NCBI RefSeq assembly: GCF_006345805.1
Contig: NC_043001.1
Coordinates: 32,550,001-32,614,000, forward strand
Direction: 5' to 3'
DNA: 64,000 nucleotides
From: Octopus sinensis
Lineage: Eukaryota
Positions 1 to 12,730 of this stretch are shown piece by piece; positions within the stretch are counted from its first letter, which is position 1, and each line of letters begins with the position of its first letter. A program made the position numbers and the translations under genes. The notes under the pieces are model-generated. The model did not search any database. It was not told the origin of the DNA and saw nothing but the letters and a program-made list of their open reading frames with translations.

Positions 1-295
1 TTTTCCGCAGGCTTTCTTTCCACGGGTAAACCTCACCTGTCCTCCCCTTTACACTTCATATTGACATTTCTGTGATAACGATCCCTATTGATCATTTTTT
101 TTCCTCTCCCCCCCCCTTTTTTTTTTTTTTAACCCCCCTTATTTTGGTCCTCTTTCTCTCCTTTTACGATCCTTTTGATCGAACCTCCCCTTCCTTTTTT
201 TTTTTTTTTTTTTTTTTTTAATACCTTCAAAAGAAAAGCTCTACCTTGTAATTTGTTCTATCTGTGTGCAGCCCTGTGTGGCTAATAAAGAAACA
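1..295 (+). mobile_element. Probable 3' UTR/terminus of a non-LTR retrotransposon (Tx1/L1-like), truncated by the window edge
   Basis: Pyrimidine-rich tract ending ...TGTGGCTAATAAAGAAA and running into (TATC)n/(TC)n; same end architecture as 21700-22072. Confidence 0.35.
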
Positions 296-321
296 TATCT
301 ATCCATCTACCTATCTATCTA

Positions 322-364
<43 letters not shown>

Positions 365-367
365 CGC

Positions 368-405
<38 letters not shown>

Positions 406-486
406 AAAATATGAATTATAGATAAAACCACTATTATGCAACTCAACTCAAATTTATAAAAAATTAATTATATATATATTAGTTGT

Positions 487-682
487 TATTTATGTATTGG
501 TTTATGTTATCACTGTTTGAGTTGCATAATAATGGTTTTATCTTAATTCATATTTTATATATTTATAGAGAAAATTTGATTTAATACTAAATTGAATTTT
601 TCCCTATACTCCCAAATATATATATATATATATATATATACTATATATATATATATAGATATATATTAGGGAGTATAGGGAA

Positions 683-713
<31 letters not shown>

Positions 714-873
714 ATATTATATATATAGATATCATATATATATTAGGGAGTATAGGGAAAAATTCAATTTAGTATTAAATCAAATTTTACTGTATAAATA
801 TATGAATTGAATTAAGATAAAAACCATTATTATACAACTCAAACAGTGATAGACATAAACCAATACATAAATA
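487..873. repeat. Foldback of about 130-bp inverted arms around a (TA)n spacer
   Basis: TATTTATGTATTGGTTTATG...TTTTCCCTATACTCCC (487-613) is the reverse complement of GGGAGTATAGGGAAAA...CATAAACCAATACATAAATA (746-873); related to the 3268-3558 arms. Confidence 0.85.
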
Positions 874-907
874 ATGTTAAAATAATTGTTAACAAGGTAA
901 TACACTC

Positions 908-940
<33 letters not shown>

Positions 941-1129
941 GATATATATATATATATATAATTATATATATAATAGATGTGTGTATTTTACCTTGTTAAC
1001 AATTAACACGGAAAAAAAAAAATAATAAATAGTTACCAGGGCAGCAAAAATAGTATCAGTGGAATTTTCGAACATGTGTCGAAAGTAAAAATATTTTATT
1101 ACACCTGCGTTAACTCCATTTTTTTATTC

Positions 1130-1196
<67 letters not shown>

Positions 1197-1247
1197 CTAT
1201 ATATATTATATATATATATATACAATTATCAAGTACTCACCCTGAAT

Positions 1248-1273
<26 letters not shown>

Positions 1274-1278
<5 letters not shown>

Positions 1279-1678
1279 TGATTGATAAGAAAGATAGAGT
1301 GTAACCAGAAGCTTTATTTAGCACAACAATAGTATCGGTTGCCTTCTGCACTGCTCCCGAGTGGGTGGGGAGCGATGTAATGGCATCACATGCATCACTC
1401 AGTGCATATGAACTCATCAGGTGACGTAATATGCTTCAAAAGTTTTAAGATTTACATTTCCCTCCAAGTTACCACCTGCATCTAACTTGGAGTGAAATGT
1501 AAATCTTATAAATATTGAAATATATTACATCACCTGATGAAACTCTCCACTGCGCGATGCATTTGCTGTCATTACATGGTTCTGTATTCTCCAGAAAGCA
1601 GTGCAGAAGGCAGTCGAAACGATTGTTGTGCTAAATAAAGTCTCTAGTTACACTCCATCTTCCGCATCAATCATTTAA
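1274..1678. mobile_element. Foldback element with HHR-like motifs in both arms (PLE pseudo-LTR-like)
   Basis: About 195-bp imperfect inverted arms centred near 1476; right arm has CAC-CTGATGA(1534)...GAAAC(1616)-GATT-GTT-GTG then AATAAA (1634); left arm has the mirror TCATCAG at 1414. Confidence 0.75.
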
Positions 1679-2084
1679 AATAAACCCAACGTTCACTTAG
1701 GAATTCCTTACGTAGATCCAGCAACGAAAGCGCAATAACGTGGATGAGGTCTGGCAGCCATAAGTAGTGAACGTGCTCTACAGGCACACTACCTGAGACT
1801 TACTTGAAACAAGGTTTGGCTACCGCATTTTAATGTCACCCATCTAAACTTTAATCTATAATTTTAAATTTAACTTATATATATATACATCTTATATATA
1901 TATTATATATATTATATTATATATATATATATATACAAAAAAAACACTCATAATTTATGCAAAGAAAAGGCTGACTGTGCCTCCAAAGTTTCAGATTGAT
2001 ACCGCCATCAGATTGTGGTTTAGCTAGTAAGTAACTCTCAACATCATACCTTTTTTCAACCCACACATCCCTAACCCTAACCCT

Positions 2085-2612
2085 AAAAATTTTATCAATG
2101 GCCAGCATATTAAAAAATACCTCTAAAGGTTAAATTTATAAACAGCTTATAAACAAGGGCAAAAGAAAAAATTTCTAATGCCAAATATGCCGAAACTAGA
2201 CACATTGTCCATCTCGAGTAAAGCCGACAGAAATTTTTTTCGAAAAATTTTATCCTATATTAGATGTAAATCTAATAGTGTTCACTTCCGGACTCTCTCA
2301 CTCTGTGAGAGTTTCAGTTCGAATCGTACGTGACTCGAATGGGCTGGAGAATTTCTATTTTGGGTATATTTAGGGTACTTAATTGTGCTCATGACTTAGT
2401 GTTTGCTTCTTCCATGGGTATAAGTAAGTATTCATTTATTTCTTTACCGCATTTATTACTGACGAAGAGAAGGTTCTTATGAACTAACTCTGAAATCGGG
2501 TCCGATATGGTAATAACGGAATTTTTTTCTTTTGCCCTTGTTAATAAGTTGTTTATAAAATTAACCTTTAAAGGTATTTTTTAATATGCTGTGGCCATTG
2601 ATAAATATTTTT
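2085..2612. mobile_element. Inverted-repeat-bounded element with an internal degenerate HHR-like motif
   Basis: 2085-2175 is inverted relative to 2519-2612; CTGACGA(2459)-AGAG...CTCT-GAAA(2492)-TCGG-GTC lies inside. Confidence 0.6.
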
Positions 2613-2755
2613 CGAAAAATTTTATCCTATATTAGATATATACATATATATATTATATATATATATATAATATTATATATATATATATACATATTATATA
2701 TATATACTATATATATGTATAATATATATTATATATATATATATATATATATTAT

Positions 2756-2789
<34 letters not shown>

Positions 2790-3267
2790 TATATTAATAT
2801 ATATATATGTATATATATAAGAGAACAAAGTGTACGTACGCCGCTATATATATATATATATATATAATAAAATACAAAATGGGACAAGAATGCAAAACAT
2901 CCGGACAACTAGGTGATACAAAAGGGACAACAAAACATCCAGATAGACGATACAAAATAAGAAGGACGGGTTATTCGAAGCCTTTTATCTTCAGTCAAGA
3001 ACCGGATCATCCTCGCAATTTCGGCTGATTAATCTTGAGATTGCTCCAATCTGGCCAACCGCAAGGAAAAGCTAAGCTAATAAAATCAGTTAATCATGAT
3101 TTTATTTAACATATTCCCTTCTCATATACACACACTTATTGCAACCGTATTTCAAATTATCTAAGTAAAAGAACTTGGAACGTTGGGCCTCCAACTAGGA
3201 CTTTCACGATCCCCTTAAAAACAGAAACCTTTCAGCACCTCTTATATATATATATATATTATATCAT

Positions 3268-3558
3268 ATTAAATTAGAGATAAAACCACTATTAAGCAAA
3301 TCATACATTGAAAAACTTAAGCCAATACATAAGATTAATTAATTTATATTATTTTAAATATATATCAAAATTATTAAAAAAAGATAATTAGTATAACACT
3401 ACCATCGTTTCATGGCTGTCCAATTCGTAGTGTTATACTAATTACCTTTTTTAATAATTTTGATATATATTTAAAATAATATAAATTAATTAATCTTATG
3501 TATTGGCTTAAGTTTTCATTGTATGAGTTGCCTAATAGTGGTTTATATCTAATTTAAT
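3268..3558. repeat. Near-perfect foldback with about 135-bp arms beside (TA)n
   Basis: Arms meet at TATAACACTAC / GTAGTGTTATA around a 24-nt loop (about 3403-3426); the minus strand reads GAAAC-GATG-GTA-GTG, the 3' half of an HHR. Confidence 0.85.
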
Positions 3559-3663
3559 AAATATATTTTACTATAAAATTGGATTCGTTCCTAAATCTGA
3601 CTTTTCCCTGTAAGTTGGATTTATTCCCTAAATTTTATTATATATATATATATATGTATGATG

Positions 3664-3695
<32 letters not shown>

Positions 3696-3696
3696 C

Positions 3697-3741
<45 letters not shown>

Positions 3742-4622
3742 GAATTTACAAAAAAAAAGACGGAAAGTGAGAAAGTCTTTGATTACAAAAGTATACCCAT
3801 CATACGTACATACACACACACACGCGCACACATTCATACACATATCCATCCAGCCATACGTACATGTATGTATGTTTGTATGTTTGTATGTATGTATGTA
3901 TGTATGTATGTATGTATGTATGGATGGATGGATGGATGGATGGATGGATGGATGCATACATGCATGCATATGTTTATAAGTCATTTGACACTTTTCCCCC
4001 CATAAACCGACTCATCGAGTGTAGATATCAGTCTTCTAAATAGCACCCATGATTTCATATGTTTTATTTTATCTGTGATAAACTGGCTTCGAAATTCCCA
4101 AAGAAACACTATAAACTATAACAAAGAAATAGAAACCTTCCTACAAAACAACTTAATAGGTTCGCTGGCAAGCACACGATATTTCATAAACACATATAAC
4201 ATAAGTTTTAACACATTATTATAATAGTTTCATTCAGAAAAGTAAATCTCACACAGTTCCTGTGATTTCCTGTGAATCTCTCTAACGCTTAACTGACTGA
4301 TGCTTCTGATCCAAGAATATTGATTTTTCCACATTGGAACAACGCCAGAGGAGTCGATGTTTTTTTTTTTTATTATTGATGCAAAATCAGTAGATGACAG
4401 GTATTGTCGTTAACTCCAGCCCACCTAGAGAAGAAAAACAAGGGAAACATGTTGTACCCTAACTAAATGGGAGATAACGTTTGTTCAAACATATCTGCTA
4501 ATTAACCTCTCCCGACTGACAAGGTCACGAATTTGTACGAGATAATTATATTAATTAACAAAGAGTTTAGAACATTAACGGTACTTACTTCTATCGACCA
4601 TGATGAAATGAAAAGCGAAGTC

Positions 4623-5057
4623 ACTCCTTTTACTCTTTACTCTTAATTGTTTCAGTCATTTGACTGCGGCCATGCTGGAGCACCGCCTTTAGTCGGGCAA
4701 ATCGACCCCGGGACTTATTCTTTGTAAGCCTAGTACTTATTCTATCGGTCTCTTTGCCGACCGCTAAGTGACGGGGACGTAAACACACCAGCATCGGTTG
4801 TCAAGCAATGCTAGGGGGACAAACACAAACACACACAACACACACACACACACACACAACACACACACACACATATATATATATTATATATATACATATA
4901 TACGACAGGCTTCTTTCAGTTTCCGTCTACCAAATCCACTCACAAGGCATTGGTCGGCCCGGTGCTATAGCAGAAGACACTTGCCCAAGATGCCACGCAT
5001 TGGGACTGAACCCGGAACCATGTGGTTGATTAGCAAGCTACTTACCACACAGCCACT
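4623..5057 (-). mobile_element. SINE family A (tRNA-derived head, internal (TA)n(TG)n, GTAAAAGA tail)
   Basis: Matches about 15 other copies in the window; A-box-like TGGCTGTGTGG, B-box-like GGTTCAGTCCC. Confidence 0.9.
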
Positions 5058-5620
5058 GGCGATATATTTTGAACAACGCTTTAATTTAATAAAAGGACTG
5101 TTTTTCCCTTCAGTTTCTTTAGTTTATATCGATACGTCTACACCAATCGTCCTATAAATATAGATCTTAACGCATATCTACGTCCATTTTATTTTGAATA
5201 TCAACATTCACAGTTATTGATTGCTGAAATATTCCTCACTCTAGCCTTGAAACGTATATTTTATGAACAGATAATATGATATATAAATAAAATATAGAAT
5301 AAATATTCTTTGTCTTTGCATCATATTTCTTTGATTTTATTGAGTTGACAACGGAACTGAAACTTTCATGGTTGCATCTTCTATTCAAACCCTTCTTTCT
5401 TGTATAGTCATCATCTATGGCTTTCTCGTTCAGTTAATTATCTTGCAGCCATATTAGTCTTTGCAGCATCCCTTCTATTCATCTGGAAGTTGTTTTCATG
5501 TTGTCCTGGTTCGAATTTTCTTAGTAAGTCTTTTTTCGAGCTTTGTCTTCTCTGTGATTGCAATATCCTGGTTTGTGCTTTCTTCAGCATTAGCGTTTCT
5601 GCTATGTATTCTTTCATTTA

Positions 5621-5834
5621 ACTCTCTTTACTTGTTTCAGTCATTTGACTGCGGCCATGCTGGAGCACCGCCTTTAGTCGAGCAACTCAACCCCGGGACT
5701 TATTCTTTGTAAGCCCAGTACTTATTCTATGGTCTCTTTTGCCGAATCGCTAAGTGACGGGGACATAAACACACCAGCATCGGTTGTCAAGCAATGACAG
5801 GGGAACAAATACAGACACACAAACATATACACAC

Positions 5835-5893
<59 letters not shown>

Positions 5894-6057
5894 ACATATA
5901 TACGAGGGGCTTCTTTCAGTTTCCGTCTACCAAATCTACTCACAAGGCTTTGGTCGGCCCCAGGCTATAGTAGAAGGCACTTGCCCAAGGTGGCACGCAG
6001 TGGGACTAAACCCGGAATCATGAGGCTGGTAAACAAGTTACTTACCACACAGCCACT
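5621..6057 (-). mobile_element. SINE family A
   Basis: Near-identical to 4623-5057. Confidence 0.9.
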
Positions 6058-6302
6058 AAATTTATAATATCTTCATAATTTTCTTGAATGTGCTCCTAAA
6101 TTACATAGTCATTTGGAATCAACAATTTGTTTTAGATCATGATTATTTTCCCTTCAAATTTTATATGAAAATATTGTCTAGTTTCGGTTGTGAGACAGGT
6201 GGTTGTTAAAAAAAATTGAGTGTAGCATAAAAGCTATTTCTCTCGTTCTCATTTCTTACTTTTCTGTTTTATTTGAATTAAGTACTTCGCTTAGTTTTTG
6301 AT

Positions 6303-6417
6303 CAGTGTTTCTCAACCTTTTTATCCTTGCGTAACCCTTAAAATAAATTACATGTCTCAAGCAACCCTGCGCAAAAAAATTATATACCATATCTTCCTCG
6401 TATTTTTTTCATCGTAG

Positions 6418-6459
<42 letters not shown>

Positions 6460-6992
6460 TAATCCCCCCAAAAGCGAAGAAATATGCACAAAAAAACCAA
6501 CAAAGTGAGGACGTTGTACATGCAAAGTATTAAAAGACGCTCAGGGAAGGAAAGAAAGGTAGTTTTACGTTTCGAGTAAAGCTCTTCTTCAGAAACAGGA
6601 GACAGAGGAAAGTCCAAGAGAAAAGGAAGACGGAGGAAAAAAAATCGTCAACGATCCACACACTAAGTTAATGATTTACAAAAGGGTTAAAAAGAAATTG
6701 TTACTTTTTTTATTTTAATAGGCATTAACAGCATCTATTAAGTAAAAATGCGTTAACATTATTTGGTATAGTTCTTAAACATTTCTCGTGGAAGTATACA
6801 AAAATATACATTATTTTACCTCTTACTGTTTTGTTATGTTTTGAAAAATAAAAATTTATTTTATGGTTTGTTATTGTTTATATTTTGCATTACATAATCT
6901 TCTATGGGGGCACCAAAATCTTTTAAGTGCTTAGGGCCTTGATAGGTCTTAACCCGGCTCTGGTTCCGGGGAACCCCAGTTAAGAAACGTTG
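6303..6992. mobile_element. Non-autonomous hAT (Charlie-type) MITE with a nested insertion
   Basis: TIRs CAGTGTTTCTCAAC / GTTAAGAAACGTTG; degenerate 8-bp TSD TTTTTGAT / GTTTAGAT. Confidence 0.7.
6456..6665 (-). mobile_element. PLE pseudo-LTR-like fragment with a minimal HHR (6562-6596)
   Basis: Minus strand GTTT-CTGAAGA-A-GAG-CTTTA-CTC-GAAAC-GTA-AAAC; ends GGATTAACT next to (CA)n; homologous to 46260-46498 and 48304-48515. Confidence 0.75.
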
Positions 6993-7130
6993 GTTTAGAT
7001 TGTCATTATTATCAGGTTCAAGCCTATTTCATTAAATAACCATGTGCATCGTTAGTAATAGCTTTTGTAATAAACGAACAAAAAGTAGCAACCTTTTTAG
7101 TTTCGTTTTGCTTACACATCAGACGGAACT

Positions 7131-7526
7131 TACTCTTTTACTTGTTTCAGTCATTTGACTGCGGTCATGCTGGAGCACGGCCTTTAGTCGAGCAAATCGA
7201 CCCTAGGACTTATTCTTTGTAAGCTTAGTACTTATTCTATCGATCTCTTTTGCCGAACGGCTAAGTTACGGGGATGTAAACACACCAGCATCTGTTAGCA
7301 AGTAATGTTGGGGGACAAACGCAGACACACAAGCACACACATATGTATAGATATACATATATCCGACAAGCTTCTTTCAGTTTCCGTCTACCAAATACAC
7401 TCACAAGGCTTTGGTCGGCCCGAGGCTATATTAGAAGACACTTGCCCAGAGTGCCACGCAGTGGGACTGAACCCGGAACCATGTGGTTTGTAAACAAGCT
7501 ACTTACCACATAGCCACGCCTGCGCC
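7131..7526 (-). mobile_element. SINE family A
   Basis: Full length including the GGCGCAGG head. Confidence 0.9.
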
Positions 7527-7881
7527 CATATGAATAAAAAATATCTGAATTATATAAAAACTCTTAGTTTTGGGCTTAACAGATTCTTTTTTTATTATTT
7601 GCATTGCATGTCTTGTTTGTATGAGTGGAGATCGAATAGGTCTGGGGTTCAGTTATTTTGGTTTCAGTTCCATTAGTAAAGTTACCACAAAATGTCGATA
7701 GGTTTGATATAAGTTTAAAGATTGAAGAAAAACGCCGTTTCTAAGACAAATACTCTACCTGCAGCTAGCCTGCAGCACGACGAATCAACGTAGACTCCCG
7801 ACTGCGACACAAGGAAGGGGTTTAGACTCAACATAGGGAGAGGAAACATTCATACCCACAGCTAGACCACAAGCAGCACAA

Positions 7882-8478
7882 TGCTTACGGTATTTCGTCT
7901 GCCGTTACGTTCTGAGTTCAAATTCCGCCTAGGTCGACTTTGCCTTTCATCCTTTCGGGGTCGATAAATTAAGTGCCAGTTACGCACTGGGGTCGATGTA
8001 ATCGACTTAATACCTTTGTCTGTCCTTGTTTGTTCCTTCCGTGTTTAGCCCCTTGTGGGTAGTAAAGAAATAGGTATTTCGTCTGCCGCTGCGTTCTGAG
8101 TTCCAATTCCACCGAAGTTGACTTTGCCTTTCATCCTTTCGGGGTCGATAAATAAAGTACCAGTTACGCACTGGGGTCGATGTAGTCGAATTAATACCTT
8201 TGTCTGTCCTTGTTTGTCTTCTCTATGTTTAGCCCCTTGTGGGCAATAAAGAAATAAGAAACGTTAGCACGCTGGGCGAAATGCTTAGCAGTATTTTGTC
8301 TGCCGCTATGTTCTGAGTTCAAATTCCACCGAGGTTGTCTTTGCCTTTCATCCTTTCGGGGTCGATAAATTGAGTACCAGTTACGCACTGGGCTCGATGT
8401 AATCGAATTAACACCTTTGTCTTTCCTTGTTTCTCCCCTCTATGTTTAGCTCCTTTTGGGCCATAAAGAAATAAGAAA
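7882..8478 (+). mobile_element. Tandem array of about 3 units of SINE family B
   Basis: Repeated GAGTTCAAATTCC-GCCGAGGTCGACTTTGCCTTTCATCCTTTCGGGGTCGATAAATTAAGTACCAG...AATAAAGAAATA units. The central part resembles the conserved Meta-type SINE domain (from memory). Confidence 0.85.
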
Positions 8479-8974
8479 CTTGTCGATAAGAGCGGTTAAC
8501 TTTCATGAAACTATGCAGCTATTGCAGCCCTCTCATGATGATGATGATGATGATGATGAGGATGATTACGACCCCGACGATGATGACGATGATGATATGA
8601 AAAGATAATGATCGTTTCCTGTTATACCACTGATATAGTACAGTATCTCAGCCATATATAAGTGCTGTCTCTATCCCGATATTCCTTATCTTTACTCTTG
8701 TAGATTGTCTCTTTGGACCACGGTAGTTTCTCATAAGTGCTCCAGTTCGAATACGACTGTTTCCATTTTTTTGTCTTTTTAAACAAACGTAGCGTATCGA
8801 ATGTATCATTCATATTTTAAGAGAGTAGAGACTGTGATTAAAGGAAGATTTGGCTGTTATTTCCAGAAAGGCTAGAGACAGTGTGACAGCGTAGACACCG
8901 TAATCTCTTAAAATTTTTCACTTTTCGACATTAATGCTAAAATTATCTATATTGCTTATAAGTTATTTTTCATT

Positions 8975-8983
8975 TTGTAGTAA

Positions 8984-9024
<41 letters not shown>

Positions 9025-9627
9025 ATAGTAGTAGTAGTGGTAAAACATTAGAGCAACAGTGGTGGTGGTGGTGGTGGTGGTGGTGGTGGTGGTGGCGGTA
9101 GTACTAGTAGTAGTATTGGTGGTGGTGGTGGTGGTGGTGGTGGTGGTAGTAGTAGTAGTAGTAGTAAAGCATTACAGCAACAGCGGAGATAGCTGTTGCC
9201 GTTGTTGATGATGATGATGACGATGATGACGACTGAAGTGGTGCTGATGATGATAAGGAGGAAGAGGAGTAGGAGAGGTAAGGAGGAGGAGAAAGGGATG
9301 GAAGGGAAAAGGAGGCGAGGAAAAGAAAGGAAAGGAGAGGAGCGGGAGCTCAGGGAGAAGGAAGAGATTAGGAGAGGGAGAAGAGGAGAGGTGGAATAGA
9401 GAAGGAGGAGGGAGGAGAGGAAGAGGAGGAGGAGGGAGGAGAGAAAGAAGAAGAGGACGACATTGATAATGAGGATTACGACAGCATCAACGGAGATGAC
9501 GACGACCACCACCACCGAAATGACAATGATGATGATATTGACGATGAATGAATGAATGAATGAAAGAATGAATGAATGAAGATGTTGGTGGTGTTAATAG
9601 TAAACTTAATTGATGAAGATGCTACTG

Positions 9628-9714
<87 letters not shown>

Positions 9715-10268
9715 TCGACGATGGTGGCAACTCCGATTAAAGTGAGCATTCATGATGCACGTTGTCCTGCTGAGACAAGAAACGAAAAAAAAAACAAAAA
9801 AAAACAAAGAAGAAACAACAAAGAAACAAACAATACAAAATAAAGGACCATAAAACAAAATTGCAGGGTGGGGGGAATGTTTCGTTTGATGTAGGAACCC
9901 ACACCCCTGCACCCAAACCCAAACCCAACACACAGCACTTCCGATCCGATCCGATCCGACCCCCTTCCCTAATAGGGATGCTGCTGGAGAGATCTCAACC
10001 GTATATATATATATATATATATATCTGTGGGCGTTGGTTGACACCGATCTCTTTACTTCCGGTATCCCTGGAATTTCGACGATGGCATGTATTGTGTCAT
10101 TCACCGATATCTTCAGAGATGGGGGGTTTGGTGGGGAGCGGGTGGGGTGGGGGGTGGGGTGACTGCCAGGTTGGCAGCTGGGTGCAAAATGCAGATGATG
10201 TAGCAGCGACTGCGTAAGGCCTCTTTGCTTTGTGCACGTACCGCTAGACATACATACATACATACATG

Positions 10269-10314
<46 letters not shown>

Positions 10315-10607
10315 ATTATATATATCTAACTATCTATCTATCTATGTGTGTATATATATATATGCGTGTCTGTGTGTGTGTGTGCGTATGTGTATGCATA
10401 TATGCATATGTGTGTGTGTGTGTGTGTGGATATATGTATATATATATATATATATATATGCTATATATGTGTATACATTTATACATTAGTGTATGTGTGT
10501 AGTGATGGAAGGAAGAAAATTGAATAAATGATGTATAGATCGATATGCGTAGATATGCAAGTGTATATAAATACATGCATATATATGTGTGTATGTGTGT
10601 AGGTGCG

Positions 10608-10638
<31 letters not shown>

Positions 10639-11275
10639 TATGTGTATTTGTGTGTGTGTGTGTGTGTGTTATAATATATATATATATATATATAATATAT
10701 ATATTATATAAATATATATATATATATATATTATTATATATATACATATACATACATGTCACTCGTGTGTATACGCATACGCACATACATGTAAATGTTT
10801 ATATGCATATACATTTATTTATGTGCGTGTGTGTGCGTGTATGAATGCATATGTGTGCATGCGTTTACAAACAGACATGTATAGAGAGGGGGGGATAAGA
10901 GTGTTATGCATGCATGTGGGTAGGTAATTAAGGAGTTTAGGAATGCTATGTTATTGGTGTTGATTTTTAGCCCCAGGTCAACCCTGTTGAAGTAAATCTA
11001 TGATGTTCAGCATTCTGTACATGGCCATTCCATCGGGTATTTTTGTTTCTTAAATATTGTTTTGTTCTTACTATTTACCTAACACTACATAACTCATGAT
11101 AAAAGGTGAGACTTGAAGGATATTTGGCTGTTGTTTCTGGCAAGCAGATCTACCACGTAAAGGTACCCTATTCCTGAAGTTGTTGGCAATGAATGAGTGA
11201 AGTGGGGTTGAGGCGGGATGTATTAGTACAACTTTTATCAATGGTTGCTATGGGAACATTATTATTATTATTATC

Positions 11276-11308
<33 letters not shown>

Positions 11309-11310
11309 GC

Positions 11311-11344
<34 letters not shown>

Positions 11345-11363
11345 GTTATTATTATTATTGTTG

Positions 11364-11419
<56 letters not shown>

Positions 11420-11653
11420 GAGCTGACAGAATAGTTAGCACCTCGGGCGAATTGCTTAGCAGAATTTCGTCCGCTTCACATTCCGAGTTCAAATGCCGCA
11501 GAAACCGACTTTGCTTCTCAGTGTTAATCCTTATGGATAATAAAGAAATAATCCCCTCAGGGTCGATAAATTAAGTATAAGTGAAACTATACCCCAACTC
11601 CTAAAATGTTACACCTTGTGCCTATAGTAGAAATTATTATTATTATTTGCAGC

Positions 11654-11694
<41 letters not shown>

Positions 11695-11705
11695 CAGCCA
11701 GCAAC

Positions 11706-11753
<48 letters not shown>

Positions 11754-11930
11754 TTGTTGATGGTGGCAGTGGTGGCTGTGGTTGTGTAATTGTGTGTATT
11801 GTGTCCTTTTGCCAATGGAACCTGTGATATCGTTGATCTTGTCGTGGTGGTAGTAGTGTTGGTGGTTTTGGCAGTGGTTATGGTGATAGTAGACCTCGTG
11901 GTAGTAGTAACAGCAGCAGCAGCAGCAGTA

Positions 11931-11985
<55 letters not shown>

Positions 11986-12466
11986 AAAGAGTCGTAGTAG
12001 TGTTTCGTGTATTTGTTGCCGTAGCTGTTGTAGTAAGCCGGTGGTGCTGGTTAAATGCGGGTGGTGTGGTGGTGTTAGTGGTTCTGATTCTGACGCCGGC
12101 GGATGCGATGTCGACTCGAAGACGACGACGACTGCGACGAATCTTGTGGAATGTTTTAATTCATGATTGCTGCTGCTGCTGCATGGGAGGAACGGTGGTG
12201 ATGCAGATGATGGTGTTGTTGCTGTTCTTAGTGTTGGTGGTGGTGGTGGTGGTGGAGGTGGATAAATATTTTTATCAATGATTGTCATGGAAACGTTCTC
12301 TTTTATAGTAGATCCAATAATGGCGGTGGGAACTTCGGAAGGGAAGAGGGGGCAGTACACATGGTATTTGAAGCTATGGTGGTGGTGGTGGTGGTGGTAG
12401 TGGTGGTGGTGGTGGTGGGGAACATATTGGCGCTCGCGTTTGAGGTAGAACCAGTAATAGCGCTTT

Positions 12467-12512
<46 letters not shown>

Positions 12513-12690
12513 CAGTGGTAGTGGTAGCAGTAGTAGTAGTAGTGGTGGTGGTGGTGGCGGTGGTGGTGGCGGTGGTAGTAGTAGTAGTAGTGGTGGTGGT
12601 GACGGTGGTAGTAGTAGTAGTGGTGGTGGTGGTGGCGGTGGTAGTAGTAGTAGTAGTAGTGGTGGTGGTGGTGGTGGTGTGGTAGTGGTG

Positions 12691-12730
<40 letters not shown>

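Noticed and set aside
4798-5157. Recurrent ORFs such as RRASFSFRLPNPLTR... and LLSVSVYQIHSQGFGRPEA...
   Set aside because: They are translations of SINE family A, not a gene family.
7882-8478. CRISPR-like repeat-spacer appearance
   Set aside because: Units are about 200-bp SINE monomers without unique spacers; eukaryotic context and no cas genes.
8622-8813. Short non-repetitive ORFs (8622-8813, 24092-24334)
   Set aside because: No recognisable domain or supported splice structure; lengths are within chance expectation.
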